A stretch of DNA of 64,000 nucleotides. It comes from Pseudarcicella hirudinis (GTDB taxonomy: Bacteria; Bacteroidota; Bacteroidia; Cytophagales; Spirosomataceae). Below are positions 1 through 9,810 of the stretch, one piece after another; position 1 is the first letter of the stretch, and every line of letters starts with the position of its first letter. The stretch spans positions 179,777 through 243,776 of the forward strand of contig NZ_FOXH01000001.1 of assembly GCF_900115665.1 (NCBI RefSeq). Reading direction: 5' to 3'. The notes below the pieces were generated by a model. The model saw only the letters and a program-made list of their open reading frames with translations, was not told the origin of the DNA and searched no databases. The position numbers and the translations under genes were made by a program.

Positions 1-515
1 GAGGCAAGTCCTTTGTGAAAAGTGATAACCTGACTGGCATTTTGTACAATTTCTACAGATTTTAACCCTTTTTTAACCCTCTTTATCAGAAAATTCTCAA
101 TATGTTGTATCCTTTGAAAGTGGTCTGGAGCAGTTAAAACCTGTTCTTCAAGCTGTAAGGCCTCGGCACCGATCAGTTCTTTCAGCGGGATAACAGAATT
201 TCTTAATTCTCCGGCTGAAATACCGGAAAGAGCATAAACGCCATAAGGTTGAAAAACGACAATCAGCATGCCGACCTTACCGTTGGAAAAAGTATTCTGA
301 AAATGGCTGATCTGGCCGTAAACAAAACTTTCAGGCTGTTTGAATGAAGTAGCATCTCTCTCTGAAATTTGCCAGAAAGGTATCCCGAAATGAAAAACCA
401 TTCCTGTATTTCCATCCGAAAACAAGCGATAATTTACCTGTCCGCCGGAATCATTTTCCAGAATCAGGTAATGCCTGATAATATTTGCAAGAATGGGAGC
501 GGGGGCAATCTGCAT
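1..515 (-). CDS. AraC-family regulator, N-terminal effector-binding part (partial; C-terminal HTH lies beyond the window start)
   Basis: Minus-strand reading frame from ATG (complement of 513-515) runs to position 1 with no stop: MQIAPAPILANIIRHYLILENDSGGQVNYRLFSDGNTGMVFHFGIPFWQ... It resembles N-terminal domains of Bacteroidota AraC-type regulators. It is absent from the ORF track because it is truncated by the window edge. Confidence 0.4.
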   Translation of the reverse strand, partial: MQIAPAPILANIIRHYLILENDSGGQVNYRLFSDGNTGMVFHFGIPFWQISERDATSFKQPESFVYGQISHFQNTFSNGKVGMLIVVFQPYGVYALSGISAGELRNSVIPLKELIGAEALQLEEQVLTAPDHFQRIQHIENFLIKRVKKGLKSVEIVQNASQVITFHKGLA

Positions 516-1099
516 ATGATGAAGCTATGCGTTTAGCAATTCACGGTCAGACAAAAATAAGCAAAACGCTATAATTTGATAAAGGAAACACCATGAATTT
601 ATTTCCGGAGAAAGAAAATAACGTGGAACCTGAATGCATTCGAAGCAGGGCACTGGTATGCCTTCGGGCGAAGCAAACAAGCCCACGTTAGGAACGTGAG
701 CTATTTGCCTACTTCTCCCACCCTAAAAATTACCAGTTTTCGCTTCGAGAGGACAGTAGGAAGCTATTAAAATCTATGTCAGAATAAATTTATTCGAATC
801 TTAAAACAGTTTAAAAGTGAAAAAACAAAAGCAATTTAAACGGAAAACAAACTAAAGAAAAAAGGTAGCTCTGTTTTCTTATCATACATCATCTAAACAA
901 TCCAAAAGATTGTATTTTGAAAAGGAGGAATGATAAAAAAAGAGTATTTATAGACAGTATCACCATATTGTGGCGATACTACGTGGTGTGTGTGTTGTTT
1001 TTTGAAATTGATTATATTATTTTGGGGCGTCAATGATGATACAAATGTGTAGATAAATTTCTATATATCCAAATAATAAATAATTTATTTTCTATAAAA

Positions 1100-1867
1100 A
1101 TGAATTCAGTCATAGAAAGAATAGGACATTTTCTTGAGGTTCGAAATTACCCTCCGACGAGATTAGAGGCTGAATTGGGACTTTCCAACGGATCATTATC
1201 AAAATCAATAAAAACCAGGAAAAATATTGGTTCTGAATCACTAGCGAAAATAGTCAATAAATTTGAAGAATTAAATCCGCAATGGATTCTGACCGGAAAA
1301 GGAGAAATGCTTTTTCAGAAAGAAGTTATTGCAGAGAAACCGGAAAAGACAGAGGAACAAATCATCCCGATTGCATATGAGGGAAAGATTAAATATTTTA
1401 CAAAAAGTGAATTCAATCAGCTGAACGTCAGAATACCCATTATCGACTCAGTAAGCGAAGCCGGAGCTCCTCAGTTTTTAGAGAAAATAAAAGAAACAGA
1501 CGATTTACCGGCCTTTACTTTCCCCGCCGGAATGTTCAGTAACAAGATAAAATACCTGGCTTTACAGGTTTATGGAGATGGAATGACGCCGGGTATTCAA
1601 AATGGTGACTGCCTGATAATCAGAGAGATTGACAGGTCAAGTATCAGGGCAGGCCACGTTTATGTTATCGTTACAGATGATGTCCTGGCTGTGAAAAGAG
1701 TGAAGCCTTTCAAAGAAGAACAAAAATTACTTTGTATTTCTGATAATGCTTATTACGATTCCTATGAAGAACTTTATGATAATGTCATCAAAACTTTTGC
1801 CGTAGAATGTAAGATTTCCTATAGCTTCAGTCTGATAGAAAAGTTAGATAAGAAAAGAGATTTTTAG
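1100..1867 (+). CDS. HTH (XRE/phage-repressor-like) plus S24 LexA-like peptidase-domain repressor. Catalytic Ser is replaced by Gly (GDGM) and the Lys (VKRVK) is retained
   Basis: N-terminal ...LEAELGLSNGSLSKSIKTRKNIGSESLAKIVNKFEELNPQWILTGKGEM is a typical helix-turn-helix. The C-terminal ...VYGDGMTPGIQNGDCLIIREI...VYVIVTDDVLAVKRVK matches the LexA/S24 GDSM...(37 aa)...KR spacing. Confidence 0.7.
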   Translation: MNSVIERIGHFLEVRNYPPTRLEAELGLSNGSLSKSIKTRKNIGSESLAKIVNKFEELNPQWILTGKGEMLFQKEVIAEKPEKTEEQIIPIAYEGKIKYFTKSEFNQLNVRIPIIDSVSEAGAPQFLEKIKETDDLPAFTFPAGMFSNKIKYLALQVYGDGMTPGIQNGDCLIIREIDRSSIRAGHVYVIVTDDVLAVKRVKPFKEEQKLLCISDNAYYDSYEELYDNVIKTFAVECKISYSFSLIEKLDKKRDF

Positions 1868-2286
1868 AGAAGAGAAGAAAGACTGTAAAATGAAAGCTCC
1901 GGCTTTGCTCCGGGAAGTTTTTTAAAAGGAGCTGCATTCTGATATTCCGTAAAAGTTAAATATTCTGATTGATAAGTTTATTATTAATATGTGTTAGCTT
2001 ACCCGCTTCATTATACCACCTCTATCCAATCCGGAAACATCTTTTTCTCCGGAAACCCACTGACGTTGTTTTACTGAAAATTTTCTATTTGGAATAACTA
2101 TATTCCGGATTTTAAACAAATAAAAATCCTTTTCGCAAGAACCATTTATTAAATAATATTACTCCTAATACGTATTTACCGGAAATATCTGTAAGATTTT
2201 AAACTTTTCGTTTTAAGTAAAGTTAAACGCTCATGCCCGTCCTCCGATTGTACCGGATTAATAGGGAATTATCTATATATTTAGGG

Positions 2287-5200
2287 ATGAAAATATTTCT
2301 AATATCATTATTTCTCTTTTCATTCAATACTTTGGCTCAGTTTTCAGAAAGCCATAGGGTGTTACATTATAATTTAAATGAAGGACTTTCTTTCGGCATT
2401 GTAAACGGTATCGTTCAGGATGACAATGGGTTTATGTGGTTCGCTACAGGGGATGGGCTGAATCGTTTCGACGGTATTAATTTTAAAGTATTTAAATTTG
2501 ATTCAGACAATCCGTTCAGTATCCCCGGCAATTATATTCAGATGATTTTCAAAGATGCTGAAGGTTTGATATGGGTTACTTCCAGAAAGGGCCTGGTAAA
2601 ATTTGATACTAAAACGGAGCGTTTTATTACTTACCGGCTGAATGGTAAAGTCCAACCCAATAATGATGTCAGCAGTATTTCGGAAGGGAAAAACGGCAAT
2701 TTATGGGTTTCGTCCTCCTCCGAAGGCTTTTTCAGATATCATAAAAAAACAAATACCAGCATTAATTACAGACAATCAACACTCAGAGGTTTATCAAGCA
2801 ATACCATTCTGACCACCTATGAGGATTCTCATGGACTCCTGTGGGTAGGCACGCACAGTGAAGGGTTAAATGTATTTAGTCTGAAAAACGGGAAACTGAC
2901 TGTTAAGAAACCTGTTAATTCAGATAAAATTGCTTCGGGCAGAATAAACAGCATTTGCGAAGATCATCTTCATAATATCTGGATTGCGACTTCGAACGGC
3001 CTTGTTTTTTACCAAAGAACAGAAGATAAATTTTACATAATCCGGGCTTCGGCTTCTCATCTGAAAAGTAATGTCTTTCTTTCTTTGCTGGAAGATAAAA
3101 ATAAGCAGTTATTAGTTGGTTTTCAGGACGGAGGACTTTACAGGCTTGATATAAGCAAACAGGAAATCCGTCCGGAAATGCTCTCTTTTCAGGAAGTAAA
3201 AGGAAACAATGCCCATGCCTTTACGAAAAGATCAGTGCAGGCATTGTATGCCGATAAGGATAAAAATATTTGGGTCGGTACGTACGGAGAAGGTATTTAT
3301 ATGATTGATAATAACCGGGAACGTTTTTTCAAATTTGAGCAGAAAATAACCGAGAATAATTCAGAAAGCTATCAGCGATATTACGGAATGACAGTAGATC
3401 ATAATGGCTTTTTATGGCTTGGAACGGATGGTGATGGTATTTATAAAACAACAATCAACGGAGAAACGCAAAAACATTATAAAGCGGATGGCAGAAAAGG
3501 AAGTCTGACCGACAATGCCATTATTTCGGCATTCAGGGATAGTCAGGAAAACCTGTGGTTCGGGTCATACTCAGGAGGTTTATTCCTTTATGATAAAAAA
3601 TCAGATTCTTTTATCAATTTCAGGCATGATGCCAAAGACAGAAACAGCCTTGCCGCCAATGATGTAAGAGTAATATATGAAGATGCTGCCAAAAACCTGT
3701 GGATTGGCACAAACGGTGGAGGTTTAAGCTTATTCCACCCATCTTCCCGCAGTTTTACCAACTATAATCCGGTCAATAAAAATTTCCCTTCCAATGATGT
3801 CAGATCTATTGTCAGCGGGAAAAATAACGATTTATGGATAGGAACCTATGGAAAAGGTTTATATCAGTTTATGCCTGACAGAACCTATTTACAGTATCAG
3901 GCTAAAAGCGGAGATACACAGGACTTGTCGGGAGAGGTAATTTTTGCGCTGCATTTCGATGACAAAGACCGCCTTTGGATCGGTACGCAGGAAAACGGGC
4001 TGATTTTATATGATACCCGGCAGCAGATGTCAAGAAAATTCAGCGAAAAAAATGGATTGGCAAATAATACCATTCTTGCAATAAAAGAAGAAAGCCCGGA
4101 TAAAGTTTGGTTTAGTACGAATAAAGGTATTTCTAAAATTGACCTGGCAACCAATAAAATTTATAATTTTGATCAGGGAGACGGGCTTCAGAACGGGCAG
4201 TTTAATGGTGGCTCAGCTATTTATAACAAAGAGTCGGGATATATGTGTTTCGGAGGAACGGAAGGCTGGAATATTTTTTATCCCGGACAGATAAAACTGC
4301 TGAATTACAAGCCGAAAATATTGATAACCGGATTGCAGTTGTTTGGAAAAGCCCTTATTTCCGGAGAAAATGAGGAGAAAGACCATATTCTTACAGAGCA
4401 ATTGAATGGAACCCAACAAATGGTTTTACAACCCAGTCAATCGGTATTCTCAATTCAGTATGGTGCCATTAATTACTCTTATCCGGATGAAAATCAGTTT
4501 GCCTATAAACTGGAAGGTCTTGATAACGACTGGAATTATGTAAACAAGCAGAAGTCTGCTACTTATCGTTACCTCGATCCGGGAGACTATGTTTTTAAAG
4601 TTAAAGCTGCCAATCAGGATAATATCTGGTTCGAGGATTATGCCAGCATCAAAATCACGATTCTGCCTCCCTGGTATAAAACATGGTGGGCCTATATTAT
4701 TTATTTTACGCTGATCGGAGTATTGATTTACTATTATCAGCTTTACAAAAACAAGCAGACCCGGCTTACCTATCAGATTCAGATTGCAAAAATTGAGGCT
4801 GAAAAGGAGAAAGAACTCAATGAGAAAAAACTCTCATTTTTCACCCATATTTCACACGAGTTTCGTACACCTCTGACTTTAATAATCAATCCTGTAAAAG
4901 AACTACTTTATATTGATTCAAAGGATAAAGATACGAGCAACTTAAATATCGTTTACCGCAATGCCCGCCGTCTGCTAAGTCTGGTGGATCAATTGCTCCT
5001 TTTCAGAAAAGCAGATACTGAAGGGGATGCTTTAAAAGTAGTCAAACTCAACCTGAAAAGCCTTTGTGAAGAAGTATTCTTATGTTTTACCTATCAGGCC
5101 AGAGACAAGCATATACAATATAACTTCATTTGTGAGAAAGAGAAAGTTGAGGTTTACGGAGACCGGGAAAAACTGGAAATTGCCTTATTTAACCTGGTTT

Positions 5201-6465
5201 CGAATGCCTTGAAATTTACACCTGAATATGGAATCGTCAATTTTACGATAGAAGAAGCTGAAAATAATGTAATTATTAAGGTGGAAGACAGTGGTGTAGG
5301 TATCGCCCCTGAAACCGGGGAGAAGTTATTTACCATGTTTTATCAGGTGAAAAATACCAATGCGCCTTCAAAAGGTGGTTTTGGCATCGGATTATACCTT
5401 TCAAAAACCTTTATCAATAACCATAAGGGAGAAATCAGTTATGAAAGTGAAGCAGGAAAAGGTACAGTTTTTACCATTAAATTACTGAAAGGCTATGAAC
5501 ACCTCAACCCGGAAATAATCCTGAATGATGAGGAAGTAAATTCTGTAATATTGGAAGAACTGCTGGAAGATCATGAGGAGCCGCTTATTCCGGAAGAAAC
5601 TGTCTCTTCAGAAGAAGAGGGAGGAGAATTGATGGAAGAACTTTATGCTGACACCAGAACAATGGTCATTATTGACGATAATCCTCAGATCAGGCAATAC
5701 CTCAGACAGATATTTAAACCTGATTTCAAACTCCTGGAAGCTGACAACGGGGAAGAGGGTTTAAAGTTAGTGGAAGAGTATTTGCCGGATATTGTCATCA
5801 GTGATGTAATGATGCAGGGTATAAGCGGTATAGAGGTTTGTAACAGAATTAAACAAAACAGTAGTTTAAACCATATTCCTGTGATTTTGCTTACAGCCAG
5901 TACTTCTCCTGAGATTAAGCTGAAAGGCATCGAAGGAGGAGCTGATGACTATATCAGCAAGCCCTTCGAAAAAGAAATTCTGATGGCAAGAGTGACAGGA
6001 ATACTGAAAAACAGAAACGACCTGCAAAAGTATTTCTATAATGAAATTACGCTTCAGTCTAATACCCTGAGGATTTCTCCCGAGTTCAAGGAGTTTTTAA
6101 ACCGCTGTATTGAAATCGTAGAAAAATACCTGACCGACTCAGAGTTTGGAGTAGGGGTACTTGCTACTGAAATAGGCATGAGTCCATCAGGTTTATACAA
6201 TAAAATCAAATCAATCTCCGGACAGTCGCCAAATAGTTTCATCCGCTTTATCAGGCTTAAAAAAGCAGCGGAAATCCTTATTACTACGGACAGTACCGTT
6301 GCTGAAACTGCCTATCAGGTGGGTATCAATGATCCGAAGTATTTCAGGGAGCAATTCTTTAAACTCTTTGGGATGAACCCTTCGGCTTATGTAAAGAAAT
6401 ACAGGAAATCTTTCCACAATAACCTTCAGATCAATAAAGACCTTTTCAATAAGAAATCGGAATAG
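2287..6465 (+). CDS. Hybrid two-component system sensor histidine kinase/response regulator with C-terminal AraC HTH (PUL regulator)
   Basis: Signal/TM MKIFLISLFLFSFNTLAQ. Beta-propeller sensor repeats (LWVGT/LWIGT motifs) plus Y_Y_Y region, then a TM segment. HisKA H-box FFTHISHEFRTPLTLI. HATPase (GFGIGLYLSK). Receiver domain (MVIIDDNPQIR...DVMMQGISG). AraC HTH (YQVGINDPKYFREQFFKLFGMNPSAYV). I chose the internal ATG at 2287 over the ORF-track start at 2233 because it begins the signal peptide. Confidence 0.9.
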   Translation: MKIFLISLFLFSFNTLAQFSESHRVLHYNLNEGLSFGIVNGIVQDDNGFMWFATGDGLNRFDGINFKVFKFDSDNPFSIPGNYIQMIFKDAEGLIWVTSRKGLVKFDTKTERFITYRLNGKVQPNNDVSSISEGKNGNLWVSSSSEGFFRYHKKTNTSINYRQSTLRGLSSNTILTTYEDSHGLLWVGTHSEGLNVFSLKNGKLTVKKPVNSDKIASGRINSICEDHLHNIWIATSNGLVFYQRTEDKFYIIRASASHLKSNVFLSLLEDKNKQLLVGFQDGGLYRLDISKQEIRPEMLSFQEVKGNNAHAFTKRSVQALYADKDKNIWVGTYGEGIYMIDNNRERFFKFEQKITENNSESYQRYYGMTVDHNGFLWLGTDGDGIYKTTINGETQKHYKADGRKGSLTDNAIISAFRDSQENLWFGSYSGGLFLYDKKSDSFINFRHDAKDRNSLAANDVRVIYEDAAKNLWIGTNGGGLSLFHPSSRSFTNYNPVNKNFPSNDVRSIVSGKNNDLWIGTYGKGLYQFMPDRTYLQYQAKSGDTQDLSGEVIFALHFDDKDRLWIGTQENGLILYDTRQQMSRKFSEKNGLANNTILAIKEESPDKVWFSTNKGISKIDLATNKIYNFDQGDGLQNGQFNGGSAIYNKESGYMCFGGTEGWNIFYPGQIKLLNYKPKILITGLQLFGKALISGENEEKDHILTEQLNGTQQMVLQPSQSVFSIQYGAINYSYPDENQFAYKLEGLDNDWNYVNKQKSATYRYLDPGDYVFKVKAANQDNIWFEDYASIKITILPPWYKTWWAYIIYFTLIGVLIYYYQLYKNKQTRLTYQIQIAKIEAEKEKELNEKKLSFFTHISHEFRTPLTLIINPVKELLYIDSKDKDTSNLNIVYRNARRLLSLVDQLLLFRKADTEGDALKVVKLNLKSLCEEVFLCFTYQARDKHIQYNFICEKEKVEVYGDREKLEIALFNLVSNALKFTPEYGIVNFTIEEAENNVIIKVEDSGVGIAPETGEKLFTMFYQVKNTNAPSKGGFGIGLYLSKTFINNHKGEISYESEAGKGTVFTIKLLKGYEHLNPEIILNDEEVNSVILEELLEDHEEPLIPEETVSSEEEGGELMEELYADTRTMVIIDDNPQIRQYLRQIFKPDFKLLEADNGEEGLKLVEEYLPDIVISDVMMQGISGIEVCNRIKQNSSLNHIPVILLTASTSPEIKLKGIEGGADDYISKPFEKEILMARVTGILKNRNDLQKYFYNEITLQSNTLRISPEFKEFLNRCIEIVEKYLTDSEFGVGVLATEIGMSPSGLYNKIKSISGQSPNSFIRFIRLKKAAEILITTDSTVAETAYQVGINDPKYFREQFFKLFGMNPSAYVKKYRKSFHNNLQINKDLFNKKSE

Positions 6466-6486
6466 CTTTATTATAAAAATTTAAAG

Positions 6487-6524
6487 AAAAAGGCCTGAAC
6501 AGCATCTGTTCAGGCCTTTTTCTT
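6487..6524 (+). terminator. Rho-independent terminator after the hybrid sensor gene
   Basis: aaaaaggcctgaacag-catc-tgttcaggccttttt: perfect GC-rich stem followed by a T-run. Confidence 0.6.
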
Positions 6525-6703
6525 TAAATACCCCCTTTTTTATAAGGATTTTACCCCCTATGCTGTATAGATATAGTCCTAGTTTTGCTACAAAAAATTA
6601 CAATAATAATTCTCACGATTTTTCTCCATTTAAACAATTTCATTAAGAAATGAAAAAAACTTTATCTGACCGGCAGGTCTTACCCTGCAAAAAATCGGCA
6701 AAA

Positions 6704-9700
6704 ATGAACCTGTTCAACCCGGGATTTTCTTTGCTTTTTTATCTTTTACTGCTGCTTATTACGTCCGTTCCGGCTTTTTCCCAGTCTGAAAAAAAGATCA
6801 GCGGAACGGTACTTGACGAACAAGGTCTGGCACTTCCCGGTGCAAGTGTTCAGTTTAAAGGTTCCTCCATCGGTACCTCTACTGATGCAAACGGAAAGTA
6901 CTCCCTGAATGTCCCGAATAATACGGGTTCATTGGTATTTTCCTTTGTAGGTTATAGTCCTTTGGAAATACCTATTGCCGGAAAATCTGTGGTAGATGCT
7001 AAATTAAATGTTGAAAATACAGCCCTGACAGAAGTAGTGGTTGTAGGATACGGTACGCAGAAAAAGGCCACACTGACCGGTTCGGTTTCTGAAGTAAAAG
7101 GAACAGAAATTGTGAAAAGTCCCCAGCCCAATTTATCGAACTCCTTAGCGGGTCGCTTTTCGGGTTTTGTGGCAAATAACCGCGGAGGTGAACCAGGTTA
7201 TGATGGATCAAGCTATACGGTAAGAGGCTTTGCTTCTACAGGTAACAACGATGTACTGATTGTAGTTGACGGGGTGCCGGGTCAGGTTGGTGGTTTAGAG
7301 CGCCTTGACCCGAATGATGTGGAAAGTATCTCAATTCTGAAAGATGCTTCTGCCGCCGTATATGGAAGCAGGGCAGCGAATGGTGTAATTCTGGTTACAA
7401 CAAAAAGAGGAGGAAAGGGTAAACCTACCATTTCATATAGTTTTAACCAGGGCTTCAGTTCTCCTACCAGACTTCCGAAACTGGCAGATGCCCCCACTTA
7501 CGCTGCAATTCTTAATGAAATTGATTATTACAACAATCCGGCAGGAGGGATGAATCAGCATTACAGTGCAGATGAAATCAATAAATTCAGAAATGGGTCA
7601 GACCCGATTAATTACCCTAATACCGACTGGCAGAAAGAAACGCTCAAAAGTGTAGCTCTTCAAAATCAGCATAACCTCAGTATCAACGGAGGGTCGGATA
7701 ATACGAAATACTATTTGTCGATCGGGACAATTTACCAGGATGGATTGTACAAAAACGGAGCAACTCAATACAACCAGTATAATTTCAGGTCTAACGTAGA
7801 TGCCAATATTACTGAACGTTTGAAAGTAAGTTTGTCATTGGCGGGTCGTCAGGAAGATCGTCAATATCCTACCTCAGGAGCAGGAAATATCTTCCGTTCT
7901 ATTTACCGGGCATATCCTACAGTAGTTTCAGTTTACCCGAACGGACTGCCTTCTACGGGTGTTGAAAATAATAACCCTGTGATGCTGGGTACTTCAGTCG
8001 GAGGACTCAGTAAAAACCCGACTACTGTTTTCAACGGAATACTGAGAGCAAGTTATGCTCTTCCATTTGTTAATGGTTTAACAATAGATGGTTTTTACTC
8101 GGTTGACAGGTCTTATAATTTCACCAAAACATTCAATACGCCATATCCGCTTTATTCATATGACAAAGCAAACGATGTTTATAACCGCGTGATTACGGGA
8201 GGATCTGCCGGAGCAGCGACATTAACGCAGGATGAAACGAATATTTCGAATATCGTGCAGAACATTAAGCTGAATTATGCTTTACATACCGGAAAGCATA
8301 ATATCACTGCCCTGGTATCATATGAGCAAAGCCAGAACAAACAGGAAAAGTTCGGTGCTTCAAGAATCAATTACCCGACAGTTTCAACACCGGAATTATC
8401 ACAGGGTGGAGCTGCTGCAACTGATAAAAACAACTATGGAAGCAGTTATAACTTCACCAGAAAAAGTTATATCAGCAGAATCGCTTATAATTTCAATGAG
8501 AAATACCTGGCAGAAGTGCAGGCGCGTGTGGATGGCTCTTCTATTTTCCCGGAAGGTAAACAGTATGGTTTCTTCTCATCTGTTTCGGCAGGCTGGAGAA
8601 TCTCTGAAGAACCCTGGTTTAAAAACAGGGTAAAAGGTGTCGATGACCTGAAACTGAGAGCTTCTTATGGTTCATTGGGGAATGATAACGTTGGTCAGTT
8701 CCAGTATTATAACAATTATTCCTTCAATAATACCTATGTAATCGGTTCGAATGTAATTCACCCGGGTATTGACCTGACCAAATTAGCTAATCCGGATATT
8801 ACCTGGGAAGTTGCTAAAAAGATGGATCTTGGTTTAAATGCAGTATTGTTCAGAAATATTTCATGGGAGTTTATCTATTTTCAGCAGCAGCGTTCTAACA
8901 TTCTTGCCACCAGAAATGCTTCTATTCCTAATATTTCCGGAATAGTTAACCCTTACGGTTCAGGAGCACTGGTTCCTGATGAGAATATCGGAAAAGTAGA
9001 TAACAGCGGTTTTGAAACCAGCGTTGGGTATAGCCATTCCGGAGATTTCAGGTATAATATTTCTGCGAATTTTACTTATGCCAAAAGTAATGTGGTATTC
9101 ATAGATGAAGCTGCGGGAGCTTTGCCTTATCAGCGTCAGACAGGTCGTCCTTTGTACACCTATCAATTGTATAATGCCATAGGTATTTTCAGAACACAGG
9201 CAGATCTGGATAAATATCCGCATGTAAACGGAGCCAGACTAGGAGACTTAATTCTGGAGGATTATAACAAAGACGGTAAGATTACAGCAGATGACCAGAT
9301 CAGAACAGAATACGGAAATGTGCCTCAGATTATGTATGGCGTTGTATTCAATGCAGGTTATAAAAACTTCGATCTTTCTTTTGTTTTATCCGGACAGGCT
9401 AAAGTGAGCCAGTATGTATTGCCGGAATCAGGTCAGGTAGGGAACTTCTACAGCAGCTGGGCAGATAACCGCTGGAGTCCGAGTAATCCTGACGGAACTT
9501 ATCCGCGTGTAGATACCAGAGCTTCTTCTTCCATTAACGGAGGTTTGTATAACAGTACTTTCTGGTTAAATGATGCTTCTTTCGTCCGTTTGAAAAATGT
9601 TGAAATTGGATACACTTTGCCTAAATCTTTGCTGAGTTCGCTTAAAATTCAACAGATTCGTGTGTATGCCAACGCCTTCAACCTCCTGACATTTACAGGT

Positions 9701-9793
9701 GTGAAAGATTATGATCCTGAAGGAAACAGTACCAGCGGTCAGTTTTATCCGCAGCAGAGAATCATCAATCTTGGGGTAAATGTTAAGTTTTAA
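6704..9793 (+). CDS. susC: SusC/RagA-family TonB-dependent outer-membrane transporter
   Basis: Signal MNLFNPGFSLLFYLLLLLITSVPAFSQ. N-terminal CarboxypepD_reg-like domain (ISGTVLDEQGLALPGASVQFKG). TonB box/plug (TEVVVVGYGTQKK, ILKDASAAVYGSRAANGVILVTTKRG). C-terminal ...NLGVNVKF barrel terminus. The internal ATG was chosen as start. Confidence 0.9.
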   Translation: MNLFNPGFSLLFYLLLLLITSVPAFSQSEKKISGTVLDEQGLALPGASVQFKGSSIGTSTDANGKYSLNVPNNTGSLVFSFVGYSPLEIPIAGKSVVDAKLNVENTALTEVVVVGYGTQKKATLTGSVSEVKGTEIVKSPQPNLSNSLAGRFSGFVANNRGGEPGYDGSSYTVRGFASTGNNDVLIVVDGVPGQVGGLERLDPNDVESISILKDASAAVYGSRAANGVILVTTKRGGKGKPTISYSFNQGFSSPTRLPKLADAPTYAAILNEIDYYNNPAGGMNQHYSADEINKFRNGSDPINYPNTDWQKETLKSVALQNQHNLSINGGSDNTKYYLSIGTIYQDGLYKNGATQYNQYNFRSNVDANITERLKVSLSLAGRQEDRQYPTSGAGNIFRSIYRAYPTVVSVYPNGLPSTGVENNNPVMLGTSVGGLSKNPTTVFNGILRASYALPFVNGLTIDGFYSVDRSYNFTKTFNTPYPLYSYDKANDVYNRVITGGSAGAATLTQDETNISNIVQNIKLNYALHTGKHNITALVSYEQSQNKQEKFGASRINYPTVSTPELSQGGAAATDKNNYGSSYNFTRKSYISRIAYNFNEKYLAEVQARVDGSSIFPEGKQYGFFSSVSAGWRISEEPWFKNRVKGVDDLKLRASYGSLGNDNVGQFQYYNNYSFNNTYVIGSNVIHPGIDLTKLANPDITWEVAKKMDLGLNAVLFRNISWEFIYFQQQRSNILATRNASIPNISGIVNPYGSGALVPDENIGKVDNSGFETSVGYSHSGDFRYNISANFTYAKSNVVFIDEAAGALPYQRQTGRPLYTYQLYNAIGIFRTQADLDKYPHVNGARLGDLILEDYNKDGKITADDQIRTEYGNVPQIMYGVVFNAGYKNFDLSFVLSGQAKVSQYVLPESGQVGNFYSSWADNRWSPSNPDGTYPRVDTRASSSINGGLYNSTFWLNDASFVRLKNVEIGYTLPKSLLSSLKIQQIRVYANAFNLLTFTGVKDYDPEGNSTSGQFYPQQRIINLGVNVKF

Positions 9794-9810
9794 TGTTAAA
9801 ATATCTGAAA

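Noticed and set aside
560-1099. Possible structured small RNA or promoter elements upstream of the S24 repressor (GC-richer block ~620-760, AT-rich block 780-1100)
   Set aside because: I could not identify convincing stems, conserved motifs or a known RNA family by eye. Left unannotated.
3897-6417. Several 60-85-aa minus-strand ORFs inside the hybrid sensor gene (3897-4154, 4213-4419, 5154-5336, 5685-5930, 6054-6242, 6211-6417)
   Set aside because: They are antisense to a long gene with strong domain support. The products are low-complexity with no motifs. These are typical shadow ORFs.
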